Both the position numbers and the translations under genes were made by a program. From NCBI GenBank assembly GCA_965652295.1, contig CBFGTS010000012.1:1-64000 (forward strand): a DNA stretch of 64,000 bases, read 5' to 3'. Below the pieces are notes generated by a model. The model saw only the letters and a list, made by a program, of their open reading frames with translations. It was not told where the DNA came from and ran no database searches. Origin of the DNA: an uncultured Haloferula sp. Lineage in GTDB: Bacteria > Verrucomicrobiota > Verrucomicrobiia > Verrucomicrobiales > Akkermansiaceae. Below are positions 36,275-45,934 of this stretch, one piece after another; positions within the stretch are counted from its first letter, which is position 1, and each line of letters opens with the position of its first letter.

Positions 36275-37348
36275 TCAGACTTCGCCGTCGGGATACAGCT
36301 GATGATACTTGATCGCCTCGACCGCGACAGCCGCCGCCGTCCCGAACAGGCTTTCCTCCGACACCGTTCTCGGCACCTGGGCCACCGGCCGGGCAAGCCC
36401 CATGATCAAAGGGCCGAAATTCACCGCCCCCGCGCAGTGTTGCAGCATCTTCAGCGAAATATGGGCGGCATCGAGGTTGGGAAAAATCAGCACATCGGCC
36501 GAGGCACGGTCGTCGGAGTTCGGCAGTTTGATCTCCGCTGCCTGGGGATCCAAGGCGACGTCCGCCTGGACCTCGCCCTCGATCCAAAGGTCGAATCCCT
36601 CCTGCGTCGCCTGCTCCCGGGCTCTTGCCGCCGCGGCCGCGACCTTCCTGGCCGGTCCGGTTCCAGCGGACCCCTTGGTGGAGTGACTCAAGAGCGCGAC
36701 CCGTGGCCTCCGTCCAAGCATGTGGCGGGCAAGCTTGCCGGCCTCCACGGCCATCGCCGCCAGTTCCTCCGTGGTCGGCTCGGGAATCATCCCGGTGTCC
36801 GCCAGGAACAACAACCCGTCACCACCGAAATTGCTGAGGTGCGGCGCGGAAAGAACCGTCACCCCGAAAAGCTTAGGCACGTCCGGCAAAGGCTTGATGC
36901 TCTGGATGACCGCCCGGAAAAGCGCCGCCGGAAGAGAAGCATTCCCGCCCACCATCGCATCCGCCTGGCCATACTGGATCATCAGCGACCCGAAGACGGC
37001 AGGCTTGGAAACAATGGTAGCGACGTCATCCGCCACGCTGCCCCGGTATTTCAGGATCTTTTCGAACCGCTGACAAAAGAGCGGGAAGTCCGACGCCGTG
37101 GCCGGATCGAGAAGCTTGACGAAGGTGAGATCGACTCCCTCCTCCGCCGCCATCTCCCTCATCCGCTCGATCTTTCCCAACAAAATGGGAACCACCGCCT
37201 CGGCTTTCACCAGTCTCTCCGCCACGCGAAGAACCCGCGGATCCTCGCCATCGCTGAAAACCACCCGTTTCGGGTGCCGTCTGAGCTGCGCGATCAGCGG
37301 ATCGGTGAATCGAGCGACAGCTTGAGCTTGGCTTGTGTCAGGGTTCAT
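36275..37348 (-). CDS. pta: Phosphate acetyl/butyryltransferase (PTA_PTB family)
   Basis: KRVVFSDGEDPRVL, FLADTG, PRVALLSHSTKGS, EGEVQADVA, LIFPNLDAAHI, GPLIMGLARP. Confidence 0.8.
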   Translation of the reverse strand: MNPDTSQAQAVARFTDPLIAQLRRHPKRVVFSDGEDPRVLRVAERLVKAEAVVPILLGKIERMREMAAEEGVDLTFVKLLDPATASDFPLFCQRFEKILKYRGSVADDVATIVSKPAVFGSLMIQYGQADAMVGGNASLPAALFRAVIQSIKPLPDVPKLFGVTVLSAPHLSNFGGDGLLFLADTGMIPEPTTEELAAMAVEAGKLARHMLGRRPRVALLSHSTKGSAGTGPARKVAAAAARAREQATQEGFDLWIEGEVQADVALDPQAAEIKLPNSDDRASADVLIFPNLDAAHISLKMLQHCAGAVNFGPLIMGLARPVAQVPRTVSEESLFGTAAAVAVEAIKYHQLYPDGEV

Positions 37349-37416
37349 CAAAAATATCGGGCGGTCCCCGCAAAAGATAGGGCCCGTTAGGAAACCGCCG
37401 CAACCCTGAAACCACC

Positions 37417-38211
37417 TTGCCTGCCGACTATCACACTCACACCCCCCTTTGCCGTCACGCACAGGGCGAGCCCGAGGCTTACATCGACCAGGCTCTGGCG
37501 GCCGGCCTGAGCGCCTTCGGGATGTCCGACCACGCGCCAGCCCGGCCGGAGCCGTTCGATGACTGGCGCATGTTCGAGCGCGAGCTGCCTGAATATTTCC
37601 AACTCATCGAACGCGCCCGGAACCACGCCGGCAGCCGGATTCCGGTGCGCGCCGGGCTGGAATGCGACTGGCTGCCTGGCTGCGAGGCCTGGATCGAGGA
37701 ACTCGCGGCACGCTACGAGTGGGACTACCTCATCGGCTCGGTCCACTACCTCGACTCCTGGGATTTCGACAATCCGAAGTGGCTCGGCCGCTGGGCGGAG
37801 GCCGATATCGAGCAGGTCTGGGATCACTATTGGGAAACCTACGCACGCATGGCCCGCAGCGGGCTTTTCGACATCCTCGGGCACGCCGACCTCATCAAAA
37901 AGTTCGCCTACCGGCCCGGTGGCGACCTCCGACGCTTCTACGATCCGGCCATTCAGGCCATCGCGGACTCGGGCAAAGCCATCGAGCTCAATACCGCTGG
38001 CTGGCACAAGCCCTGTGCCGAGGCCTACCCGAGCGACGAATTCCTCACCCTCGCCCACTCCGCCGGTATCCCGCTGGTGATTTCCTCGGATGCCCACAAG
38101 CCGGAAGAAGTGGCGCGGGATTTCGACAAGGCGATCACCCGCGCCCATTCATGCGGCTATCGGCAGACCGCTCTCTTCGAGAAACGTCAGCGCACCTCCG
38201 AAGCCGTCTAA
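37417..38211 (+). CDS. Histidinol-phosphatase, PHP (HisJ/HisK) family
   Basis: DYHTHTPLCRHA, SDHAP, GLECD, DYLIGSVHY, GHADLIK, ELNTAG, SSDAH. Confidence 0.88.
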   Translation: MPADYHTHTPLCRHAQGEPEAYIDQALAAGLSAFGMSDHAPARPEPFDDWRMFERELPEYFQLIERARNHAGSRIPVRAGLECDWLPGCEAWIEELAARYEWDYLIGSVHYLDSWDFDNPKWLGRWAEADIEQVWDHYWETYARMARSGLFDILGHADLIKKFAYRPGGDLRRFYDPAIQAIADSGKAIELNTAGWHKPCAEAYPSDEFLTLAHSAGIPLVISSDAHKPEEVARDFDKAITRAHSCGYRQTALFEKRQRTSEAV

Positions 38212-39554
38212 TCGCCTTCGACGGCCCGCACGATCTCGCCAAAAACATCCTCCGCCGAACCCACCTCGCCAGCGGCTCCGAGAATCACCGGCTGCAAGTC
38301 CGGCTCCACCTTGTCACGACCATGGGAGCCTTTCACCAGTGAGGCATCCAGCGGGATCACCTCCAGCAAGCCGCGCAGCCCCAGCTTTTTCCTCATCAGG
38401 AACTTCGCGATCTCCCACTTCGGGACCTTGAGCGTCGGATCCAGAAACAGCTCCGCCGGATCGTAGCCCGGCTTGCGATGAATATCGATCGTCCGCGCGA
38501 AGTCGGGTGCCTTCGCATCGTCTTCCCAGTAATAGTAAGTGAACCAGGCGTCCGGCTCGGCGATGACCACGAAATCCCCGCTGCGATCGCCATCGATGGA
38601 CCCGCGCACCTCCTCGACCCCATCCAGGTTTTCCAGAAATTCCCGCAGCTCCGCCGTCGGCCCTTCCATTGAATAAACATGGGCCACCTGATGGTCCGCC
38701 ACCGCGAAGACTTTCGAGCCGAAAACATCCAAGGCCTCCCGGCCAAGCTCGTCCTTCACTTGCAGCCAACCCTGTTTCCGGAACTCCCGATTCAAATGGA
38801 TGGGGCGCCGCACCGACCCGATCCCATACTCGGAAACCACCAGGATCTTCACGCCCCGCTGCTCAAGAAACTCGATCAGATCGCCGGCCACACGGTCGAT
38901 TTCCTCCAGCTCAAGCCGCGTCTCCGGCGCATCGGGACCCACCTTCTGCAGGCAGTAGTCCAAGTGCGGCAGGTACACCAACGACAGGGTCGGCCGCGCC
39001 TTCTCCTCCGCCCATCTGGCTGCCGCCGCAATCCATTCCGAGGCCGCGATACCCGCCGCCGGCCCCCAAAAGGCCGGGAAGGGAAACGGTCCGAGTGCCT
39101 CCTTCACCTCCTCCCGCCACCCCATCGGCTGGGTGTGGATGTCGAACACCTTCCGCCCGTCCGCCGGATAAAGCGGGCGCGGCGTCATCGCGAAATCCGC
39201 CGCGGTCGCCATGTTGTACCACCAGAACAGGTTCGCGCACGTGAACGCCGGGTGACGCTCCTTCAGCACCTCCCACACCTTCCTGCCGCGGACCAAGCGG
39301 TTGCTCTGCTTCCAAAACCGTACTTCGGCCGATTCCCGGTCATACCACCCGTTCCCTACAATCCCGTGCCCGGACGGCGGCAGCCCGGTGAGCATCGACG
39401 ACTGGGCCGTACATGTCACCGCCGGAAAAGCCGGCGGAAACGACCGACAGCCCGCCCGCTCCGCGAAACGTGACAGCTTCGGAGTGCCCTCTCCCATCAA
39501 GGATCGGGAGAGCCCCACCACGTTGATCACCGCCACTCGCTGCACAGGCACCAC
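38208..39554 (-). CDS. Alkaline phosphatase/nucleotide pyrophosphatase superfamily protein (EboF-like)
   Basis: VINVVGL, FPAVTCTAQS, HGIVGNGWY, YLPHLDY, SEYG, DIHRKPGYDP, KGSHG. Confidence 0.8.
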   Translation of the reverse strand: MVPVQRVAVINVVGLSRSLMGEGTPKLSRFAERAGCRSFPPAFPAVTCTAQSSMLTGLPPSGHGIVGNGWYDRESAEVRFWKQSNRLVRGRKVWEVLKERHPAFTCANLFWWYNMATAADFAMTPRPLYPADGRKVFDIHTQPMGWREEVKEALGPFPFPAFWGPAAGIAASEWIAAAARWAEEKARPTLSLVYLPHLDYCLQKVGPDAPETRLELEEIDRVAGDLIEFLEQRGVKILVVSEYGIGSVRRPIHLNREFRKQGWLQVKDELGREALDVFGSKVFAVADHQVAHVYSMEGPTAELREFLENLDGVEEVRGSIDGDRSGDFVVIAEPDAWFTYYYWEDDAKAPDFARTIDIHRKPGYDPAELFLDPTLKVPKWEIAKFLMRKKLGLRGLLEVIPLDASLVKGSHGRDKVEPDLQPVILGAAGEVGSAEDVFGEIVRAVEGD

Positions 39555-39702
39555 CGTTCTTCAACGCCGCCGCCAGAGCGAGGGGAAATCACATTCCTGC
39601 TGTTCATTTTTTTGTGAACTTTGATCCGCTTCAGCTCATCACCATTGCTCGGTTTGCTTATTTTCTCATTGCGTGTTCATATTTTAGTGAACACTCTCCG
39701 CC

Positions 39703-41055
39703 ATGAAGCTTTTTGGAACGGACGGCATTCGGGGACGGGCGAACGAGTTTCCCATCACCCCGGAGGTGGCGCTGCGTGTGGGCCAGGCGGTGGCGCAAGT
39801 CCTCCGCGCCAAGGGTCAGCGGGGAAACCGGGTCGTCGTTGGCAAAGACACCCGGATCTCCGGTTACATGCTCGAAACCGCCCTGACGGCAGGCCTGGTT
39901 TCGTCCGGCATGGACGTCTACCTCCCGGGCCCGTTGCCGACCCCGGCCATCGCTCACCTGACCAAGTCCATGGGCTGTGCCGCCGGCATCATGCTCACCG
40001 CCTCGCACAATCCGTTCGAGGATAACGGGCTGAAAATCTTCGGCCCCGACGGCTTCAAGCTGAACGACGAGCTCGAATCACTCATCGAACGCCACATCCT
40101 GGGCGAGGAGGGAGACGCCCCCGCCGTGCCGCCCGCCCGGATCGGCAAGGCCCATCGCATCGACGACGCCCGCGGCCGCTACATCGAGTATGCCAAGCAC
40201 ACCGCCGATAATATTCCGCTCCACGGGCTGAAGATCGTCGTCGATTGCGGACATGGCGCCGCATGGTTCATCGCCCCGCTCATTTTCCGGGAACTCGGGG
40301 CCGAGGTCATCAAGACCGGTTGCACTCCGGATGGGATCAACATTAACGACGGCTGCGGCGCGCTTCATCCCGAGCACGCCGGCCAGCTCGTCCGCGCCCA
40401 CGGGGCCGACCTCGGGATTTCGTTCGATGGCGACGCCGACCGCGTGATCTTCACCGACGCCACCGGCACCGCTGTCTCCGGCGACCGCATCCTTGCCCTC
40501 AGCGCGCTCGCCCTGAAGGAGCAGGGAAAACTCAAGGGCAACACCGTCGCCGTGACCGTGATGAGCAACCTCGGCTTGCATGAGGCGATGCGGAAAAACG
40601 GCATCAAAACCATCACCACCCCAGTGGGTGACCGCCACGTCATCGAGGCTCTTCGCGAAAACGACCACTCCTTCGGCGGCGAAAACTCCGGCCACCTCAT
40701 CTTCGCCGACCACGCGACGACCGGCGACGGCATTCTTTCCGCCCTGCAAGTGCTCGGCATGATGAAGCGCCGCAGCGCCACCCTGGCCGATCTCGCCAAT
40801 TGCATGACCGAGTTTCCCCAGAAACTCATCAACCTCCCCGTCGCCTCGAAGCCACCGCTTGAAACCCTGCCTGAACTCACCAAGGCCATGTCCGAAGCCG
40901 ACGCCACGTTCGGAGACGAAGGCCGGCAGCTGATCCGCTACTCCGGTACGGAAAACAAGATCCGCATCCTCGTGGAACACCGCGACGCCGCCACCGTCGA
41001 GGAATGGATCGGCCGCTTCATCCGCGTGGTCCAACAAGAACTCGGAGCCGCCTGA
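39703..41055 (+). CDS. glmM: Phosphoglucosamine mutase
   Basis: FGTDGIRG, GKDTRISG, TASHNP, FDGDADR, GGENSGH, RYSGTE. Confidence 0.96.
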   Translation: MKLFGTDGIRGRANEFPITPEVALRVGQAVAQVLRAKGQRGNRVVVGKDTRISGYMLETALTAGLVSSGMDVYLPGPLPTPAIAHLTKSMGCAAGIMLTASHNPFEDNGLKIFGPDGFKLNDELESLIERHILGEEGDAPAVPPARIGKAHRIDDARGRYIEYAKHTADNIPLHGLKIVVDCGHGAAWFIAPLIFRELGAEVIKTGCTPDGININDGCGALHPEHAGQLVRAHGADLGISFDGDADRVIFTDATGTAVSGDRILALSALALKEQGKLKGNTVAVTVMSNLGLHEAMRKNGIKTITTPVGDRHVIEALRENDHSFGGENSGHLIFADHATTGDGILSALQVLGMMKRRSATLADLANCMTEFPQKLINLPVASKPPLETLPELTKAMSEADATFGDEGRQLIRYSGTENKIRILVEHRDAATVEEWIGRFIRVVQQELGAA

Positions 41056-41111
41056 CCTGTCAGTGGCATGACCGTCCCGGTCATGCGCCCCTGTCGCCCG
41101 AACCCACCGCC

Positions 41112-41924
41112 ATGCCCGTCCTCCTCACCCGCTCCATCCCCGATTTCCCCATCGGCAACCTCCCGCTCCGTGACCACCACGCCGGGCTGGACTCAAGATG
41201 GGCACTCCACCCGGAAGCGTGGATCTCCGCCAGCGATCTCGAACTACTAGAAGCGTCCGAGAACGCCACGTTGATCGACACCGATGGCACCCCGCTCGCA
41301 TGGTCCGGCGCGGAGCCCTCGCACGCCACCGTCACCGCCGCGGCCTCGTTTCTGATCCGCCACTCCTGGAATCTCATCCGCGCCAACGAACTCTACGTCG
41401 GATCGCTCGATGAACGCCAGATCGAGGGCGACGTCCACCCTCTTGCGGTCATCGAAGGCAGTGTACGGATCGGTCCCGGCACCCGCATTCTCCCCGGTGT
41501 CTTCATCGAAGGCAACGTCGTCATCGGAGCCAACTGCAAGATCGGTCCCAACTGCTACATCCGCGGCAACACCTCGATCGGCGACCACTGCCACGTCGGC
41601 AACGCGGTCGAGATCAAGAACTCCATTCTGCTCTCCGGCACCAATGTCGGGCACCTCTCGTACGTCGGCGATTCCATCCTCGGCGGGAAGGTCAACTTCG
41701 GTGCCGGCACCGTGACCTCCAACCTCCGCCACGACGGCAAAAACCACCGCACGCTCGTCGACGGCGACCTCATCGACACCGGTCGGCGCAAGTTCGGCAC
41801 CATCGTCGGCGACGGCGTCCACACCGGCATCAACACCTCCATCTATCCCGGCCGCAAGCTCGGACCGGGTGCCATCACTCTTCCCGGGGAAATCGTCAAC
41901 CGCGATCTCCCATCCACCATCTAA
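41112..41924 (+). CDS. GlmU-type glucosamine-1-phosphate N-acetyltransferase (left-handed beta-helix only)
   Basis: Hexapeptide repeats; GPNCYIRG, GNAVEIKNS, HLSYVGDS, NFGAGTVTSNLRHD, TGRRKFG; lies between glmM and glmS. Confidence 0.8.
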   Translation: MPVLLTRSIPDFPIGNLPLRDHHAGLDSRWALHPEAWISASDLELLEASENATLIDTDGTPLAWSGAEPSHATVTAAASFLIRHSWNLIRANELYVGSLDERQIEGDVHPLAVIEGSVRIGPGTRILPGVFIEGNVVIGANCKIGPNCYIRGNTSIGDHCHVGNAVEIKNSILLSGTNVGHLSYVGDSILGGKVNFGAGTVTSNLRHDGKNHRTLVDGDLIDTGRRKFGTIVGDGVHTGINTSIYPGRKLGPGAITLPGEIVNRDLPSTI

Positions 41925-41950
41925 CATTCACCATCTACCATCTTTCCAGC

Positions 41951-43792
41951 ATGTGCGGCATCGTCGGATACATCGGTAAAGCTTCGGCTCCCTCCATTCT
42001 CATCAACGGCCTCAAACGCCTCGAATACCGCGGCTACGACTCCGCCGGCCTCGCCATCGTCGAGGACGGGCGCATCATCGTCAGCAAGGCACCAGGCAAG
42101 GTAGCCTCGCTCCACGAAAAAGCCCGTGCCGACTGGCCCGCGGAGCGCTTCGCCACCTGCAACACCGGCATCGCCCACACCCGCTGGGCCACCCACGGTC
42201 CTCCGACCGAGGTCAACGCCCACCCCCACCTCGACCAGAGCGGTGACATCGCGCTGGTTCACAACGGCATCATCGAGAACTACCGCGCCCTCCGCGCCCG
42301 GCTCGAAACCAAGGGCCATCATTTCTACTCGGAGACCGACACTGAAGTCCTCTCCCACCTCATCGGAGATTGCTACAAGGGCGACCTCTTCCAGGCCGTC
42401 TGCGACGCGCTCCACCAAGTAGAGGGAACCTTCGGCATCGCCGCCATTTCCGCCACGGAGCCGGGCTGCATCATCACCGCCCGCCGTGGCAGCCCCATCG
42501 TCATCGGCGTGGGGGATGGGGAAACGATCGTCGCCTCCGACGCGTCCGCGATCATCTCCCACACCCGCCAGGTGATCTACCTCGAGGACAACGACATCGC
42601 CGTGGTCAAGGCGGACAAGGTGGAGATCCGCGACCTCGATCGCATTCCGGTCACCCGCGAGGTCGCCGAGCTCGGGTTCGACGCCGAGGCGGCGGAAAAA
42701 GGCGGTTTCGAGCACTTCATGCTCAAGGAGATCCACGAGCAGCCGGACGCCCTGCGCAACGCCATCCGCGGCCGGTTGGATTTCAATCTCGGTTCGTCCG
42801 TCCTCTCCGGAATGGGCACCTCCGCCCGCGACCTCGCCGAGATCCAGCGGGTGGTGATGGTCGGTTGCGGCACTTCGCTCCACGCCGGACTCGTCGGGGA
42901 ATACGCCTTCGAGGACCTCGCCGACATCCACGCGGAAGTCCAGCAAGCGGCCGAGTTCCGCTACCGCAATCCCCTCATCACCCGCTCCGATCTGGTCGTC
43001 GCCATTTCCCAATCCGGCGAAACGGCCGACACCCTCGCCGCCGTGCGTGAAGCCAACCAGAAGGGCGCCTTCGTCATGGGCCTGTGCAACGTGGTCGGCT
43101 CCACCATCGCCCGCGAAACCGGCCGCGGCGTCTACCTCCACGCCGGCCCGGAGATTTCCGTCGCTTCCACCAAAGCGTTTACCTGCCAGGTCGTCGTGCT
43201 GCTGATGATGGCGCTCAAGCTCGGACGCTGTCGCAGGTTTTCACGCGACGAAGGCATCCGCCTCGGCCGCGAGATCGAACGCCTGCCGGAGCTCGTGGAG
43301 AAAACCATCGCCCAGAGCGATCGCATCGCGGAGATCGCCAGGAATTACGCGGATAACGATCACGCCTTCTTCATCGGCCGTGGCTATCTCTACCCCGTGG
43401 CGCTCGAGGGCGCGCTCAAGCTGAAGGAAATCTCCTACATCCACGCGGAGGGCTACCATGCGGCCGAGCTGAAGCACGGCCCGATCGCCCTGCTCGTCGA
43501 GGGCACCCCGGTGATCGCGCTCGCGAACGACATCGCCGGCAAGGACAAGACCCTCGGCAACGTCGAAGAGTGCCGCGCCCGCGGTGCCCGCATCCTCGGC
43601 GTGATCACCGAAGGCGATACTGAAGCCGCCGAGTTCATGGACGACTGCATTGAGGTCCCTGCCTGCCACCCCTTGGTGGCCACCATTCCGACCGCCGTCG
43701 CCCTGCAGCTGCTCTCCTACCACATCGCCCGCCACCGCGGCTGCGAGATCGACCAGCCGCGCAACCTCGCCAAATCGGTCACCGTCGAGTGA
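41951..43792 (+). CDS. glmS: Glutamine--fructose-6-phosphate aminotransferase
   Basis: MCGIVG, LEYRGYDSAG, HTRWATHG, SQSGETADT, VASTKAF, EGALKLKE, PRNLAKSVTVE. Confidence 0.97.
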   Translation: MCGIVGYIGKASAPSILINGLKRLEYRGYDSAGLAIVEDGRIIVSKAPGKVASLHEKARADWPAERFATCNTGIAHTRWATHGPPTEVNAHPHLDQSGDIALVHNGIIENYRALRARLETKGHHFYSETDTEVLSHLIGDCYKGDLFQAVCDALHQVEGTFGIAAISATEPGCIITARRGSPIVIGVGDGETIVASDASAIISHTRQVIYLEDNDIAVVKADKVEIRDLDRIPVTREVAELGFDAEAAEKGGFEHFMLKEIHEQPDALRNAIRGRLDFNLGSSVLSGMGTSARDLAEIQRVVMVGCGTSLHAGLVGEYAFEDLADIHAEVQQAAEFRYRNPLITRSDLVVAISQSGETADTLAAVREANQKGAFVMGLCNVVGSTIARETGRGVYLHAGPEISVASTKAFTCQVVVLLMMALKLGRCRRFSRDEGIRLGREIERLPELVEKTIAQSDRIAEIARNYADNDHAFFIGRGYLYPVALEGALKLKEISYIHAEGYHAAELKHGPIALLVEGTPVIALANDIAGKDKTLGNVEECRARGARILGVITEGDTEAAEFMDDCIEVPACHPLVATIPTAVALQLLSYHIARHRGCEIDQPRNLAKSVTVE

Positions 43793-43811
43793 TGGACGGC
43801 GACATTTCCGT

Positions 43812-43955
43812 CAAAAAACAAATCCCCGGACGTTAGTGGGGGTCACCAGCGTCCGGGGACTTTTATTCGGGGGAATGGGCTTCCTTTGCTAATTGGGGGG
43901 ACAACAGGAAGCTTGGCGTCTTCGTGAATCACCTTGGTGCCTCGCGAAGACGGGC
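43812..43955 (-). ncRNA. Candidate small RNA: four hairpins, three with C-rich loops, ending in an intrinsic terminator
   Basis: Stems 43917-24/43945-52, 43879-85/43906-12, 43864-68/43873-76 and 43823-32/43850-59; T-rich tail on the minus strand at 43813-43822. Confidence 0.5.
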
Positions 43956-44064
43956 GAACCATGACCCCTGACTCGCGTCCGTGCATTACGTGATCGCGTA
44001 GCCAGCCTCTCCCGCGCGTCTCGGAGGGCTTGTCGTCGGCGGTCGATCCGTCACGATGGCGGCG

Positions 44065-44874
44065 ATGCATGGCTATCTGGATCTCCTCCGCGACGTTTTG
44101 GAAAATGGCGAACGCCGCGCCGACCGCACCGGAACGGGCACTCTGTCCGTCTTTGGACGTCAGGCCCGCTACGACCTGCGGGAAGGCTTTCCCTGCCTCA
44201 CCACCAAGAAGCTCCATCTCCGCTCCATCATCCACGAGCTGCTCTGGTTTCTGAAAGGCGAGACAAACATCGCCTACCTCAAGGAAAACGGCGTCCGCAT
44301 CTGGGACGAATGGGCTGATGAAAACGGTGACCTCGGCCCGGTTTACGGTCGCCAATGGCGATCGTTTCCAAGCCCCGACGGGCGGCATGTCGACCAAATC
44401 GCGGAGCTCGTCCATGGTCTGCGCGGCGACCCGCATTCGCGCCGGCATCTGGTCGTAGCCTGGAACCCCGGCGAGATGAACCGGATGGCTCTGCCGCCCT
44501 GCCACTGCCTGTTCCAGTTCTTTGTCCACGAGCCGGACTCCGACCGCCCGGGCCTTTCCTGCCAGCTCTACCAGCGCTCGGCCGATCTCTTCCTCGGCGT
44601 GCCCTTCAACATCGCCTCCTACGCCCTGCTCACCCTGATGCTCGCCCGGATCTGCGGCTACGAGGCCCGCGAGTTCATCCACACCTTCGGCGACCTCCAC
44701 CTCTATTCCAACCACCTCGAACAGGCCCGCGAACAACTCAGCCGCGAGCCCCGCAAGCTGCCCGTGATGACGATCAACCCCGAGGTGAAGGAACTCGACG
44801 ACTTCCGCTTCGAGGACTTCGAGCTGACCGGCTACGATCCCCACCCGCACATCAAGGCCGATGTCTCCGTTTGA
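44065..44874 (+). CDS. thyA: Thymidylate synthase
   Basis: [50 protein letters not shown]. Confidence 0.97.
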   Translation: MHGYLDLLRDVLENGERRADRTGTGTLSVFGRQARYDLREGFPCLTTKKLHLRSIIHELLWFLKGETNIAYLKENGVRIWDEWADENGDLGPVYGRQWRSFPSPDGRHVDQIAELVHGLRGDPHSRRHLVVAWNPGEMNRMALPPCHCLFQFFVHEPDSDRPGLSCQLYQRSADLFLGVPFNIASYALLTLMLARICGYEAREFIHTFGDLHLYSNHLEQAREQLSREPRKLPVMTINPEVKELDDFRFEDFELTGYDPHPHIKADVSV

Positions 44875-44875
44875 A

Positions 44876-45352
44876 ATGAAACTCATCGCCATCGTCGCCA
44901 TGACGTCCGAGCGGGTGATCGGCCGCAACGGCACCCTGCCTTGGCACCTCCCCGAGGACCTCGCTTTCTTCAAGCGCACCACTTCCGGCCATCCCATCGT
45001 CATGGGACGCACCACCTTCGAATCCATCGGTCGACCGTTGCCGAAACGCCGCAACATCGTGCTCACGCGCGACCCCGGCTGGCAGACTGACGGGGTCGAG
45101 GTGATCCACTCACCCGAAGAGCTCGGTCGACTCGGCCTCGAGGGCGACGTCTTCATTATCGGCGGCTCACAGGTCTACGCCGCGTTCCTGCCGGAGATCG
45201 ACGAAATGCTCGTCTCCCACGTGCATCACCCCCACCCCGGCGACACCCATCTACCGGAGTTCGAATCCCGGTTCAGCGAGCCTGAGATTCTCGAAACCCA
45301 CCCCGGTTTCGAAGTCCGGCGCTACCAGCGCAAGCGTACGCTTGAAACTTGA
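44876..45352 (+). CDS. folA: Dihydrofolate reductase
   Basis: IGRNGTLPWHLPEDL, MGRTTFESIGRPLPKRRNIV, IIGG. Confidence 0.96.
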   Translation: MKLIAIVAMTSERVIGRNGTLPWHLPEDLAFFKRTTSGHPIVMGRTTFESIGRPLPKRRNIVLTRDPGWQTDGVEVIHSPEELGRLGLEGDVFIIGGSQVYAAFLPEIDEMLVSHVHHPHPGDTHLPEFESRFSEPEILETHPGFEVRRYQRKRTLET

Positions 45353-45377
45353 AAGCTGACACGAGAGAGTCCCGCGC

Positions 45378-45758
45378 ATGGCCCAGTCCTTCGAGCTTAC
45401 CGGAACCCTCAAACAGCTTTTCGACGTCCAAACCTTCTCCAGCGGATTCACCAAGCGTGAGTTCGTAGTGGAAGTCCCCGACGGCAACTACCCCCAGATG
45501 GTGAAGTTCGAAATCGTGAAGGACCGCATCAGCCAGCTCGACGGCTTTTCCGTGGGCGATGAGGTCAAAGTCGCCTTCGACATCCGGGGCAACGAATACA
45601 AGGAGCGCTTCTACGTGAACCTCAACGCCTGGAAGCTCGAGCGCACGGGTGGAGCACCCTCCGCTTCCGCCCCCACCGACACCTCGGACCGCGCCCCCAG
45701 CTCTCTCGACTCGTCCTTCGATAACGAGCCGGACGAATCCGACGAGATCCCGTTCTGA
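45378..45758 (+). CDS. DUF3127 family OB-fold protein with an acidic SSB-like tail
   Basis: FTKREFVV, YPQ, FDIRGNEY..YVNLNAWK; ends DEIPF. Confidence 0.8.
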   Translation: MAQSFELTGTLKQLFDVQTFSSGFTKREFVVEVPDGNYPQMVKFEIVKDRISQLDGFSVGDEVKVAFDIRGNEYKERFYVNLNAWKLERTGGAPSASAPTDTSDRAPSSLDSSFDNEPDESDEIPF

Positions 45759-45934
45759 GTGGCGCAAACCTCCAGGTTTGTGAGAGGAACGCTCGTCTGC
45801 GACGGGCCGCCCTCCGTCAGGCTTCGCCTACTCTGCTCCCCTCCGCAGCCCAAGCAACAAAACGATTGGAGAGAGAGACGCGGCCCTCTCGGGCAGGCCG
45901 CTGGCCCACCCACGCTGGCCCACCCATCCTCTCC

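Noticed and set aside
41925..41950. glmS ribozyme upstream of glmS
   Set aside because: Only 26 nt separate glmS from the upstream gene, which leaves no room.
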